Positions 51,430-60,455 of a DNA stretch of 64,000 nucleotides are shown piece by piece. This DNA comes from Hydrurus foetidus (lineage: Eukaryota), in contig UYFQ01000001.1 in the NCBI GenBank assembly GCA_900617105.1, positions 868,001-932,000 on the forward strand, in the 5' to 3' direction. Below the pieces are notes generated by a model. It was not told the DNA's origin. It did no database searches and was given only the letters and a program-made list of their open reading frames with translations. Within the stretch, counting starts at the first letter, position 1; each line of letters opens with the position of its first letter. Both the position numbers and the translations under genes were made by a program.

Positions 51430-52062
51430 ATGCAGGTCAACACCCCCGAAGGGCAACCGAATCCGTCACCACCAGGCTTTGTCCGGGTGATTCGGGGTTT
51501 ATCGGATGCGACACTGAACATCGAGCGAAAGGCCATCACGGCCCTGATGTTTCTTTTGGCTTTTCTGATTTTGCTCAATGTGGTGACACGGTACAGCGGT
51601 CTTTCGCTGTACTGGGTGGATGAGTCAGCGGTCTATTCAGTGGTCTGGTTGACTTTTATCGGGGGTTCTGCCATGACGCGCTTGCGGATGGATTTCGCGG
51701 TGAGTCTCTTGACCGACCATTTGTCTGAAAAAATGCAAAGGATCGCCAAGGTAATTGCTGGCATCGGCGTGGTTGTCTTTGCGCTCCTGTTGGCTTGGAT
51801 GTGCTGGCTGTGGCTCGACCCTCTGGGCATCGCGCAATCGGGCTTTGATCCCAAAGCCTATGCGGCCAAGTCTTTCAACTTCATCTACACCGAACGCACG
51901 CAAACCCTGAACTGGCCAACTTGGGTGGTGTACATGATCATTCCAATTTTCGCGCTGACCATGACCTTGCATGCGTTGGCCAATGTCTTGGAAGACATGG
52001 GCCTGGCGGCTGTGACCAAGTTCCCCGAGTTCAGTCTGGGCACCTCTGAAGGGATCAACTGA
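51430..52062 (+). CDS. TRAP transporter small permease (DctQ)
   Basis: NVVTRY...WVDE...VWLTFIG, four TMs. Confidence 0.9.
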   Translation: MQVNTPEGQPNPSPPGFVRVIRGLSDATLNIERKAITALMFLLAFLILLNVVTRYSGLSLYWVDESAVYSVVWLTFIGGSAMTRLRMDFAVSLLTDHLSEKMQRIAKVIAGIGVVVFALLLAWMCWLWLDPLGIAQSGFDPKAYAAKSFNFIYTERTQTLNWPTWVVYMIIPIFALTMTLHALANVLEDMGLAAVTKFPEFSLGTSEGIN

Positions 52063-52063
52063 C

Positions 52064-53329
52064 ATGGCCACGATAGTTGTCTTTGTTTTGATCCTGCTGG
52101 CCGGTGTCCCGATTGGTCTGTGTTTGTGCCTTGGGGCGCTAGCCTATATTGCCGATTCTGGCAACCCTCTGCTCTTTATGAATTACCCGCTCCAGTTGTT
52201 CGGCGGGGTGGACAGCTACGGCTTGATCGCGATTCCGCTTTTCATTCTGATTGGCGAGATCATGAATGAGGGCGGCATCACGCAGCGAATCGTCAATTTG
52301 GCAATGGCGTTTGTGGGGACACTCAAAGGCGGTCTGGCCTACGTGAACATTCTGGCCAACATGCTGGTTTCATCGATCCTCGGCTCGGCGACGGCCCAGG
52401 TGGCCATCATGGCGCAAATCATGGTGCCAGAGATGGAAAAAAAGGGCTATGACAAAACCTTTGCGGCGGGTTTGACGGCCTACGGCGGCATGCTGGGGCC
52501 GATCATTCCGCCGTCGGTGATGTTCGTGGTTTACAGCACCTTGGCGCAGGTTGCGGTTGGTGACATGTTGGTTGCAGGTATCTTGCCGGGGCTCATCCTG
52601 ACGGTGATGTTTTGCGTCATCGTCGCCATGATGGGCTATGTTTACAACTACCCCCAGGGTGACAAGCAAACGGTGAAGCAGCGCTTGGCAACCATTCTGA
52701 ACGCCGCGCCCACTATGCTGATCCCGATTGTGATCGTGGGTTCAATCCTGTCCGGCCTGGCCAATGCCACCGAATCGGCTGCCGTGGGGTCTGTGGTGGC
52801 CGCTTTGGTTGGGCGGTATTGGACGCGCGAATTTCAGTTCGCAAAATTGCCGCAAATGATGCTGCGAGCAGGCATTTACTCAGCCATTGTCTTGTTTTTG
52901 GTGGCTGCGGCAGCAGTGTTCTCGTGGGTGCTGGTGTACGGAAAAATCCCACAGGAGCTGGCCGCCAGTGTGCAAACGATTGCGAAAGATCCCGTCAGCT
53001 TTCTGTTGCTGGTGAGCGTGGCCTTGCTGGTCATTGGGACGGTGATCGACGGCATTCCGGGACTGATCATGACCGTGCCCATTTTATTGCCCATCGCGAC
53101 CGAAATTTACGGCATTGACCCCCGCCACTTTGGGGTGGTGGTAGTGGTCAATTTGGTGCTGGGCCTGTTGACGCCGCCGGTTGGGCTTTGTTTTTTTGTG
53201 GCGGCTGCCGTGACAGGCGCCAAGCCGGGGCGCATGTTCGTGGTGACCCTGCCGTTTTTCATTATCTCGTGTGTCCTGCTGATCTTGCTCTGTGTGTACC
53301 CATCGCTGTCTTTGGCTTTGCTGAAGTAG
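52064..53329 (+). CDS. TRAP transporter large permease (DctM)
   Basis: AIPLFILIGEIM, IIPPS, ATESAA, LTPPVG. Confidence 0.95.
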   Translation: MATIVVFVLILLAGVPIGLCLCLGALAYIADSGNPLLFMNYPLQLFGGVDSYGLIAIPLFILIGEIMNEGGITQRIVNLAMAFVGTLKGGLAYVNILANMLVSSILGSATAQVAIMAQIMVPEMEKKGYDKTFAAGLTAYGGMLGPIIPPSVMFVVYSTLAQVAVGDMLVAGILPGLILTVMFCVIVAMMGYVYNYPQGDKQTVKQRLATILNAAPTMLIPIVIVGSILSGLANATESAAVGSVVAALVGRYWTREFQFAKLPQMMLRAGIYSAIVLFLVAAAAVFSWVLVYGKIPQELAASVQTIAKDPVSFLLLVSVALLVIGTVIDGIPGLIMTVPILLPIATEIYGIDPRHFGVVVVVNLVLGLLTPPVGLCFFVAAAVTGAKPGRMFVVTLPFFIISCVLLILLCVYPSLSLALLK

Positions 53330-53351
53330 TGCTATCTGAACCTTGAAGGAA

Positions 53352-54341
53352 ATGAACATGAAACTCACTCGCCGTCAAATTGTCTTGGCCGGTTCGGCCT
53401 TGTCTTTGGGTGCGCCGTCCTTGTCTCTGGCCCAACCGCGGCAACTTCGGCTGGGCATCGTCACGCCCAACGGCCATCCCTGGAACCGCGCGGCCTTAAA
53501 AGTGGCCGAAACCTTGAAGAACGAGACCAACGGCCGTCTGTCATTGACGGTCTTCCATGCCGGGCAGTTGGGCAACGAATCCGCGATGCTGCAACAGATG
53601 CAGTCCGGTGCGCTAGATATGGGCTGGATCATGGCGGCCGAACTGGGTTCGCGGGTCCCGGCGATTGCGGCTATCACAGCACCGTATGTGGTGAATTCCA
53701 CCGCAAAAATAGCCAAACTGGTGCGTCATCCGGTTGCCACGCGCTTGCTCGATGTGCTGCCCGCCGAAACCGGCACCATAGGTTTGGGATGGGGCATCAC
53801 GGGCATGCGCGCCATCTTCTCAAGCAAAGACATCTCGACGCTGGCTGACATCAAGGGGATGAAGCTTCGCATCAACCCCACGCCCGCTTACCGCGACTTC
53901 TATCAATTGCTGGGTGCCGCACCGACCCCGATACCCACCCCGCAGGTTTTTGACGCCATGGCCAATGGACAGGTGGATGGTCTGGAGGCCGACTTGGAGT
54001 TTTCGTGGAATCAACGCTTTGACAAGGTCTCAAAAGTCATCCTGCAAATGAACGCGATCTTCATGCCAGTGGTTGCCCTGGTCTCGGGTCGTGTTTGGCA
54101 AGGCATGCCAGCCGCTGACCGAGACGTGATCACTGCCGCAGTGCGTGCCGCTCTGACAACGCAAGTCGATGAGTTGGCGGAAAACGAACCCAAGCTGATC
54201 GAGCAGTTCAAGTCGACCAAGATCCCGTTTCGCAATGCCAATGTCACCGACGCCGACGCCGTGGTGGCGGAGTACGACAAGCTGTGGTTGCCCAAGGCAC
54301 CGATCCTGGCCGAGTTGCGCAAGGTTGGCAAGACTTTGTGA
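53352..54341 (+). CDS. TRAP substrate-binding protein (DctP)
   Basis: Tat-like TRRQIV signal, GQLGNE, GMKLR, GAAPTPI, GQVDG. Confidence 0.93.
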   Translation: MNMKLTRRQIVLAGSALSLGAPSLSLAQPRQLRLGIVTPNGHPWNRAALKVAETLKNETNGRLSLTVFHAGQLGNESAMLQQMQSGALDMGWIMAAELGSRVPAIAAITAPYVVNSTAKIAKLVRHPVATRLLDVLPAETGTIGLGWGITGMRAIFSSKDISTLADIKGMKLRINPTPAYRDFYQLLGAAPTPIPTPQVFDAMANGQVDGLEADLEFSWNQRFDKVSKVILQMNAIFMPVVALVSGRVWQGMPAADRDVITAAVRAALTTQVDELAENEPKLIEQFKSTKIPFRNANVTDADAVVAEYDKLWLPKAPILAELRKVGKTL

Positions 54342-54416
54342 TGCCCTTTTTAACCCCGACACAACACGACTGCACGCATTTGCTGCGGTTTGCCACTCAC
54401 TCTTAGGAAATAAATC

Positions 54417-55364
54417 ATGTCAAAAAACGTATTCGCCGGGGTCATCCCGGCTTTGATGACACCGTGCACGGCTGAGCGTCGCCCGGACTTCGATGCCTTG
54501 GTTGCCAAGGGGCAGGCGCTCGTGGCGGCTGGCATGTCGGCTGTGGTCTATTGCGGCTCCATGGGAGACTGGCCTTTGCTGAGCGATGAGCAAAGAATGG
54601 AGGGCGTGGCGCGGCTCACAAGTGCGGGCGTGCCTGTCATTGTGGGCACGGGGGCGCAGAGTCCCCGGCAGGCCGTTGCGCTGGTGGCGCACGCCCGCAG
54701 CGTGGGCGCAAAAGGCTTGATGGTGATTCCTCGGGTTCTCTCACGTGGCAATTCTGTTGCTGCACAACGCGCACATTTTGAGGACATTCTTGAGGCGGCT
54801 GGCGATTTGCCAGCGGTAATTTACAACAGCCCCTACTACGGCTTTGAGACCAAGGCTGAACTTTTCTTTGATCTCCGCAAGCGCTACGCCAATTTGGTGG
54901 GTTTCAAGGAGTTTGGTGGCGCAGCCTCGCTGCGCTATGCTGCCGAGCACATCATCGGCCAGGATGCTGATGTGACTTTGATGGTCGGTGTGGATACGCA
55001 GGTCTTCCATGGCTATGTGAACTGTGGTGCCGTTGGTGCCATCACGGGCATCGGTAATGTGCTCCCGAAGGAGGTGTTGCACATGGTCGAACTGTGTACG
55101 CGAGCAGCCAAGGGCGACGCTCTGGCACGTCGGCAGGCGCTTGAACTAGAGGCCGCCCTGGGCGTTTTGTCATCTTTCGATGAGGGTGTTGATCTGGTGC
55201 TGTATTACAAGTACTTGATGACTTTGGAAGGCAACCAGGGATACGAACTGCATTTCAATTCTAGGGATCGCTTGTCAATGAGCCAAATGCATTACGCTAA
55301 AACGCAGCTGAGTTTGTTTAAGCTTTGGTATGCGAACTGGGGCGATCAAAACAAAGCCGTATAA
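54417..55364 (+). CDS. DHDPS-family enzyme, probably pyrroline-4-hydroxy-2-carboxylate deaminase
   Basis: GVIPALMTP, YCGSMGDWP, IYNSPYY, GFKEFGG (Schiff-base Lys); specific activity inferred. Confidence 0.8.
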   Translation: MSKNVFAGVIPALMTPCTAERRPDFDALVAKGQALVAAGMSAVVYCGSMGDWPLLSDEQRMEGVARLTSAGVPVIVGTGAQSPRQAVALVAHARSVGAKGLMVIPRVLSRGNSVAAQRAHFEDILEAAGDLPAVIYNSPYYGFETKAELFFDLRKRYANLVGFKEFGGAASLRYAAEHIIGQDADVTLMVGVDTQVFHGYVNCGAVGAITGIGNVLPKEVLHMVELCTRAAKGDALARRQALELEAALGVLSSFDEGVDLVLYYKYLMTLEGNQGYELHFNSRDRLSMSQMHYAKTQLSLFKLWYANWGDQNKAV

Positions 55365-55450
55365 AGCCTACAGCCTCTGTGGAGCGAAGCGCAATGGAGG
55401 CTGTTGCAGTTTTTTCAGACCGGGGATACTTGTCAATAATCATGGCTCCA

Positions 55451-56782
55451 GAGGGTGTCCCGGATTTTGTGTAAACGGCGATTAAGTTAGACGCGCGGCA
55501 TACGCTCGTCAAACTGAATGGTAAATCGATTCAGGGCGGCCTTCCAATCCCGAATCGGCATCGTCCATTTCTGACTGATGTTGTTCAGTGCCAGATAGAA
55601 CAATTTGAATACCGCGTCATCGGTTGGAAATGACCCGCGGGTCTTCGTGATTTTGCGTAGGCTCATATTCACCGATTCAATGGCATTGGTCGTGTAAATC
55701 ACTTTGCGGATGTCTGGCGGGTAGTCAAAGAATGGCGTCAGGCGTGCCCAGTTGCGCCGCCAGGACTGACCAATCGGGGCGAATGATGCATCCCATTTGC
55801 CCTCAAATTCCGTCAGCCGCAGCAGGGCCTCGTCCTCAGTGGCGGCGCTGTAGATCATGCGCAAATCGGCGGCCACTTCCTTGCGCTGTTTCCAGCCCAC
55901 GAAGTTCAGGCTGTGGCGCACCATGTGAACCAAACAGAGCTGCACAGCAGTCTTGGGGAACACGGCCTCAATCGCATCTGGGAAGCCCTTGAGGCCATCG
56001 ACACAGGCAATGAAGATGTCGGCCACACCACGGTTCTTCAACTCGGTCACCACTTGCAGCCAGAACTTGGCACCTTCCGTCTGGGCCATCCACAGGCCCA
56101 GCACCTCCTTGAGGCCGTCTAGGTTGACACCAATGGCCAGGTACAGGGCCTTGACCCGTACTGCGCCGTTGTCGCGCACCTTGACGTGAATGCAGTCCAT
56201 GTAAACGATGGGGTACAGCGCGTCCAATGGACGAGCCTGCCAGGTTTTGACCTCATCCATGACGGCATCGGTCACCGAGGAGATTAGGGTGGGTGAAACT
56301 TCAGCGCCATACATTTCCTGCAGGTGGCTTTGAATTTCGCGCACTGTCATGCCCCGGGCGTAGAGCGACAGTATCTTGTCGTCAAAGCCGCTCCAGCGGG
56401 TCTGGTGCTTGGTGATGATTTGGGGTTCGAACGTGCCCGCCCGGTCACGGGGGATTTCAATGGGCAGTTCACCAAAGTCGCCCTTGAGGGTCTTCTTGCT
56501 GCGTCCGTTGCGGGTGTTGCCTGCCTCGTTGGCCACCAATTGGTTCTTGCTGTGACCCAGGTGCTCTGTCAGCTCGGCCTGCAGTGCGCGTTCTACCAGG
56601 GCCTTGGTGAGTTGCTTGAGGATGCCGTTCTGGCCAATCAAATCTTCAGGCTTTTTGTAGTCTGCCAGCAGTGCGTCTATCAGTTCGGCGGGTAAGGGTT
56701 TCTGTTCTACGGTCATCATTGCTCCATGCAAGACGGCAGTTTCCTGCCAAAAGACCGTTTACACAAAACTTCTTACACCCTC
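55451..56782 (-). mobile_element. Complete IS256-family insertion sequence
   Basis: Ends GAGGGTGTCCCGGATTTTGTGTAAACGG and (reverse complement) GAGGGTGTAAGAAGTTTTGTGTAAACGG; 8-bp target duplication TGGCTCCA at 55443-55450 and 56783-56790. Confidence 0.95.
55487..56731 (-). CDS. IS256 family (Mutator-type) transposase
   Basis: RNG, PRDRAGTFEP, YMDCI, VDGLKG, QLCLVH, YTTNAIES. Confidence 0.97.
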   Translation of the reverse strand: MHGAMMTVEQKPLPAELIDALLADYKKPEDLIGQNGILKQLTKALVERALQAELTEHLGHSKNQLVANEAGNTRNGRSKKTLKGDFGELPIEIPRDRAGTFEPQIITKHQTRWSGFDDKILSLYARGMTVREIQSHLQEMYGAEVSPTLISSVTDAVMDEVKTWQARPLDALYPIVYMDCIHVKVRDNGAVRVKALYLAIGVNLDGLKEVLGLWMAQTEGAKFWLQVVTELKNRGVADIFIACVDGLKGFPDAIEAVFPKTAVQLCLVHMVRHSLNFVGWKQRKEVAADLRMIYSAATEDEALLRLTEFEGKWDASFAPIGQSWRRNWARLTPFFDYPPDIRKVIYTTNAIESVNMSLRKITKTRGSFPTDDAVFKLFYLALNNISQKWTMPIRDWKAALNRFTIQFDERMPRV

Positions 56783-56870
56783 TGGCTCCACCGCCTTTTG
56801 CGCCTTGGTAGGCAGTTTGTGGCGTGCGGTAGTCCAGCGCTTGGTGTGGCCGCTCCTCGTACTTTACATT

Positions 56871-56900
56871 TGCTTCACCCCTGCTGACGGGGTGAACGCA
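56871..56900 (-). terminator. Hairpin after arsH
   Basis: TGCTTCACCCC...GGGGTGAACGCA inverted repeat just beyond the arsH stop; no clear U-tract. Confidence 0.45.
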
Positions 56901-56911
56901 CTGCGTCAGCC

Positions 56912-57655
56912 TCAAATCCCCCTATGATTCACCCGCTTCATCAACGCCTCAGCGCTTTCTTTGCGCTCGCTGTAGCGGTCAACCAAATACGGCGCGGCAT
57001 CGCGGGTGAGCAGGGTGAATTTCACCAGCTCCTCCATCACGTCCACCACCCGGTCGTAGTAGGCTGAGGGTTTCATGCGGCCTGCGTCGTCAAATTCCAT
57101 GAACGCTTTGGCCACCGACGACTGGTTCGGGATGGTTAACATCCGCATCCAGCGGCCCAGCACGCGCAGCTGGTTTACGGCGTTGAACGATTGCGAACCG
57201 CCGCTGACTTGCATCACTGCCAGCGTCTTGCCCTGAGTGGGACGCACCGCCCCTTGGTTCAACGGAATCCAGTCGATCTGGGTTTTCAGGATGCCGGTCA
57301 TCGCACCGTGCCGCTCAGGGCTGCACCACACCATGCCCTCGCTCCACTGCGCCAGCTCGCGCAGCGCTTGCACGCGGGGATGTGACTCGGGCGCATCGTC
57401 GGCCAGCGGCAAACCGTGCGGGTCAAAGGTGCGGGCTTCGGCCCCCATCGCAGTCAGCAAACGGGCGGCTTCTTCGCACAGCAAGCGGCTGAACGAGCGC
57501 TCGCGGAGTGAGCCGTAGAGCAGCAAGATGCGCGGCGGGTGGCTGCTGGGTACTGTGCTGTGCAGCGCGGCCTGCGTCGGCACCGCGAACAGCGCGGGGT
57601 CGATGTTCGGCAGATCAGTTGGGTAACGGGTTGAAAGGGCGGTTGAATCAAGCAC
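56912..57655 (-). CDS. arsH: Arsenical resistance NADPH-dependent FMN oxidoreductase ArsH
   Basis: [34 protein letters not shown]; start uncertain. Confidence 0.96.
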   Translation of the reverse strand: MLDSTALSTRYPTDLPNIDPALFAVPTQAALHSTVPSSHPPRILLLYGSLRERSFSRLLCEEAARLLTAMGAEARTFDPHGLPLADDAPESHPRVQALRELAQWSEGMVWCSPERHGAMTGILKTQIDWIPLNQGAVRPTQGKTLAVMQVSGGSQSFNAVNQLRVLGRWMRMLTIPNQSSVAKAFMEFDDAGRMKPSAYYDRVVDVMEELVKFTLLTRDAAPYLVDRYSERKESAEALMKRVNHRGI

Positions 57656-58079
57656 CTGCAACCCTTGCCCCTTGGGCGTTGACAACCTGCTCGCCGTCCT
57701 CTTTGCTGAACGCACCCTGCTGCGGTGTGGGCAAGATGTCCAGCACCAGCTCTGAAGGGCGGCAAATGCGGGTGCCTAAAGTGGTCACGACGATGGGGCG
57801 CTCCATCAAAATCGGGTGCGCCACCATCGCATCGAACAGCGCGTCATCGCTCAGGGCCGGGTTGTCCAGCGCCAGCTCGTCATACGGCGTGCCTTTGCGG
57901 CGCAGCATGGCGCGTGCTGGTAGAGCCAATAGTGCAGCCAGCGCTACCAATTTGTCGCGCCCAGGGGGCGTTTTTTGGTAGTCGATCACCTCAGGCTCTG
58001 CACCTGAATTGCGAATCAGCGCCAGTGTGTTGCGCGAGGTTCCGCAGGCTGGGTTGTGGAAGATGGTGATGTCGGTCAT
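57648..58079 (-). CDS. arsC: Arsenate reductase, glutaredoxin-dependent
   Basis: [26 protein letters not shown]. Confidence 0.96.
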   Translation of the reverse strand: MTDITIFHNPACGTSRNTLALIRNSGAEPEVIDYQKTPPGRDKLVALAALLALPARAMLRRKGTPYDELALDNPALSDDALFDAMVAHPILMERPIVVTTLGTRICRPSELVLDILPTPQQGAFSKEDGEQVVNAQGARVAGA

Positions 58080-58128
58080 AAGTTACCCGTGAAATTACCT
58101 GTGAAGTTGGCCGTCAAAGAAATGAAAT

Positions 58129-58866
58129 TTAAAGCTGCGAAAACTGCGGCTTCGGCACTGGTTCAGGCGCGAGTGCATGGGCCAAACCCACGCCCGCCAA
58201 CGCCCCCACGCACTGCGCCAGCACAAAACCCAGCGCACTGGCAGGCGCGATGCCCGCAAAACTGTCGGTCAGCATCCGCCCCAGCACCGCTGCCGGGTTG
58301 GCAAAGCTGGTGCTGGCCGTGAACCAGTACGCCGCACCGATGTAGCAGGCGACCAAGGCGCTGGCACAGGCACTCACACGGGCATCGAGCGTGCGCAGGA
58401 TGACGAACACCAGCCCCCCCGTTGCCACCGCTTCAGCCAACCACTGCCCCACACCGCTGAACTGGCCCGCCGCCGTCCAGCCGCCGCGCAGCTTGTGGCT
58501 GAGCTGCCCTATCGGCAAGTCAAACATGGCGTGCACAACCCAAGCCCCCACCACCGCTCCCAGCAATTGCGCTGCTATATAAAGCATAGCTGTCTGTGCA
58601 GGTTTTTCCTTCACAAGCAAGCCTTTTGCAGCCATCACCAGCGTGACCAAGGGGTTGAAATGCGCGCCACTCACTGGCCCCAGCGTTTCAATCAACACAA
58701 ACAGCGCAAACACTGTGACCAACGTGTTCGCCAGCAGCGCCACCGCCACATTGCCCCCCGCCAGTTGCTCCGCCATGATCCCTGAGCCGATAACGGCGCA
58801 GAGCAGGGCAGCGGTACCGGTGAATTCGGCAAGGAGTTTTTGAGATAAACCTGTCGTTTGTGTCAT
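58129..58866 (-). CDS. MIP/aquaporin family channel (AqpS-like)
   Basis: AEFTGT, SGAHFNPL, STSFANPA; inside ars operon. Confidence 0.92.
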   Translation of the reverse strand: MTQTTGLSQKLLAEFTGTAALLCAVIGSGIMAEQLAGGNVAVALLANTLVTVFALFVLIETLGPVSGAHFNPLVTLVMAAKGLLVKEKPAQTAMLYIAAQLLGAVVGAWVVHAMFDLPIGQLSHKLRGGWTAAGQFSGVGQWLAEAVATGGLVFVILRTLDARVSACASALVACYIGAAYWFTASTSFANPAAVLGRMLTDSFAGIAPASALGFVLAQCVGALAGVGLAHALAPEPVPKPQFSQL

Positions 58867-59363
58867 GGCTTGGCCAAATCACGCGCACTGGTTTGCAGCG
58901 CCAGCTTGTCCACACTCGCCGCAGGCAAGTTCACCAACAGTTCCAGCCGCCGACGGATGGCGTGCAAGGTTTGGCGAAAGGCATCCAGGCGCTGGTCTTC
59001 GGTGCCTTGTGCTTCCGACGGATCGGCATAGCCCCAGTGCGCCGTAGCGGGCTGGCCGGGCCAATAGGGGCAGACTTCGCCAGCGGCGTTGTCGCAAACG
59101 GTGATGACCAAATCCATATGAGGGGCATCAGGCGCGGCGAATTCATCCCAGGTTTTGCTGCGCAGGCCGTCGATGCTGACACCCGCAGCATGCAGGGTTT
59201 TGAGGGCTAGCGGATTGGGTTGTTGGTTGTCGCGTGGGCTGCTGCCCGCTGAAAACGCTTTGAACCGGCCTCGCCCCATGTGGTTGAGCGCGGCTTCTGC
59301 CAAGATGCTGCGGGCCGAATTGTGGGTGCAGAGAAAAAGTACGTTGATGACGGGTGTGTTCAT
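58863..59363 (-). CDS. arsC: Arsenate reductase, LMW-PTP/thioredoxin type
   Basis: CTHNSARS P-loop, TVCDNAAGEVCP, HWGYADP. Confidence 0.93.
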   Translation of the reverse strand: MNTPVINVLFLCTHNSARSILAEAALNHMGRGRFKAFSAGSSPRDNQQPNPLALKTLHAAGVSIDGLRSKTWDEFAAPDAPHMDLVITVCDNAAGEVCPYWPGQPATAHWGYADPSEAQGTEDQRLDAFRQTLHAIRRRLELLVNLPAASVDKLALQTSARDLAKP

Positions 59364-59455
59364 GACATCTCCAATGAAAGAGGGGGACAAGGTGAAGAGT
59401 GAAGAGTGAAGGGTGAAAGCGAAGCGGTGATGACAAGGTGTACGCTGAAAACGGA

Positions 59456-59821
59456 TCAACAGCATTCCGGTAGCAACGGCGTATTGCACGGCTGTCCCGC
59501 ACAGCAGTGCTCAGTCAGGTAGCCGAGCAGGGCGCTCATGTGGGCGAAATCTGCGCGGTAGATGAGGTTGCGGCCTTTGGATTCGCAGCTCACCAGGCCG
59601 GAGTTGGCCAGCTCTTTCAAGTGGAACGACAAGGCGCTGGGCGTGGCTTGCAACTGCTCGACCAAAACGCCGGGGGTAAGGCCTTCGCTGCCAGCGACCA
59701 CCAAGGCGCGAAACGCACGCAGGCGCTGGGTTTGCGCCAGCGCCGTCAGGGCTTTGACGGCGGCGGTTTCGGTCAAAGGGATTGACGGGGTGGTAGCTGC
59801 TGTGGTGGTGATTGTTTCCAT
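59456..59821 (-). CDS. arsR: ArsR family repressor
   Basis: ALAQTQRL..FR.LV, LSFHLKEL, C-terminal HCC...C and ECC. Confidence 0.93.
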   Translation of the reverse strand: METITTTAATTPSIPLTETAAVKALTALAQTQRLRAFRALVVAGSEGLTPGVLVEQLQATPSALSFHLKELANSGLVSCESKGRNLIYRADFAHMSALLGYLTEHCCAGQPCNTPLLPECC

Positions 59822-59897
59822 GATTCAATTATGATTGAAATATAGAAGTTTAGTGTAGCGTCGTTTGAAAATTGCCTTTTATCATTGATTTAAAAAT

Positions 59898-59928
59898 AAT
59901 TGCTTGGACATTTATTGCCTAGTCAATA
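59898..59928. promoter_or_regulatory. Probable tandem MarR operator
   Basis: AATTGCTTGGACATTT and TATTGCCTAGTCAATA imperfect palindromes just upstream of the MarR gene. Confidence 0.55.
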
Positions 59929-59939
59929 TAATAATTGTC

Positions 59940-60455
59940 ATGACAAGTATGCAAATCCCCCCAGCCGAACCTGAGCCGTTTTACAAGCCCGAGTCTTACA
60001 ACCCCGATGTCAGCGTGGGGCATTTGATGCGCACGCTGTTGGCCTGCCTCAGCCAAGAAATCGAGCGTGAACTGGAGCCTTCGGGCCTGACCAACGCGCA
60101 GTGGAAACCCCTCTTTACCTTGGCCCTAGGCCGGGCTTTCACCGTGGCCGAGTTGGCGCGAACCTGCCAGCTTGACGCTGGTGGCACCACGCGCTTGCTT
60201 GACCGGCTGGAGGCCAAAGGTTTTTGCAAACGCCTGCGCTCGCTGGAAGACCGCCGGGTGGTCAACGTGGAACTCACCGACGCGGGGCGCGAAGCGGCCA
60301 AGGCCGTGCCCATCGCGCTCAGCCGCGTGCAAAACGCCCATTTAGCCGGTTTCTCAGCGGACGAGGTGCAGATGCTGACGGGCTTTTTGCGCCGGATGCT
60401 GGACAACGCTAACGCCATTCAGGCCCAAGGAAAAAACAATGACGAAGCTCTCTGA
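59940..60455 (+). CDS. MarR family regulator
   Basis: LTNAQW, TRLLDRLEAKG, DRR...LTDAG. Confidence 0.95.
   Translation: MTSMQIPPAEPEPFYKPESYNPDVSVGHLMRTLLACLSQEIERELEPSGLTNAQWKPLFTLALGRAFTVAELARTCQLDAGGTTRLLDRLEAKGFCKRLRSLEDRRVVNVELTDAGREAAKAVPIALSRVQNAHLAGFSADEVQMLTGFLRRMLDNANAIQAQGKNNDEAL

Larger units (their letters stand above)
55365..56861 (-). mobile_element. Remnant of an IS3-type transposase 3' end, interrupted by IS256
   Basis: YEERPHQALDYRTP...KGGGA on the right flank joins MIIDKYPR on the left flank once the IS256 and one target copy are removed; outer limits approximate. Confidence 0.7.
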
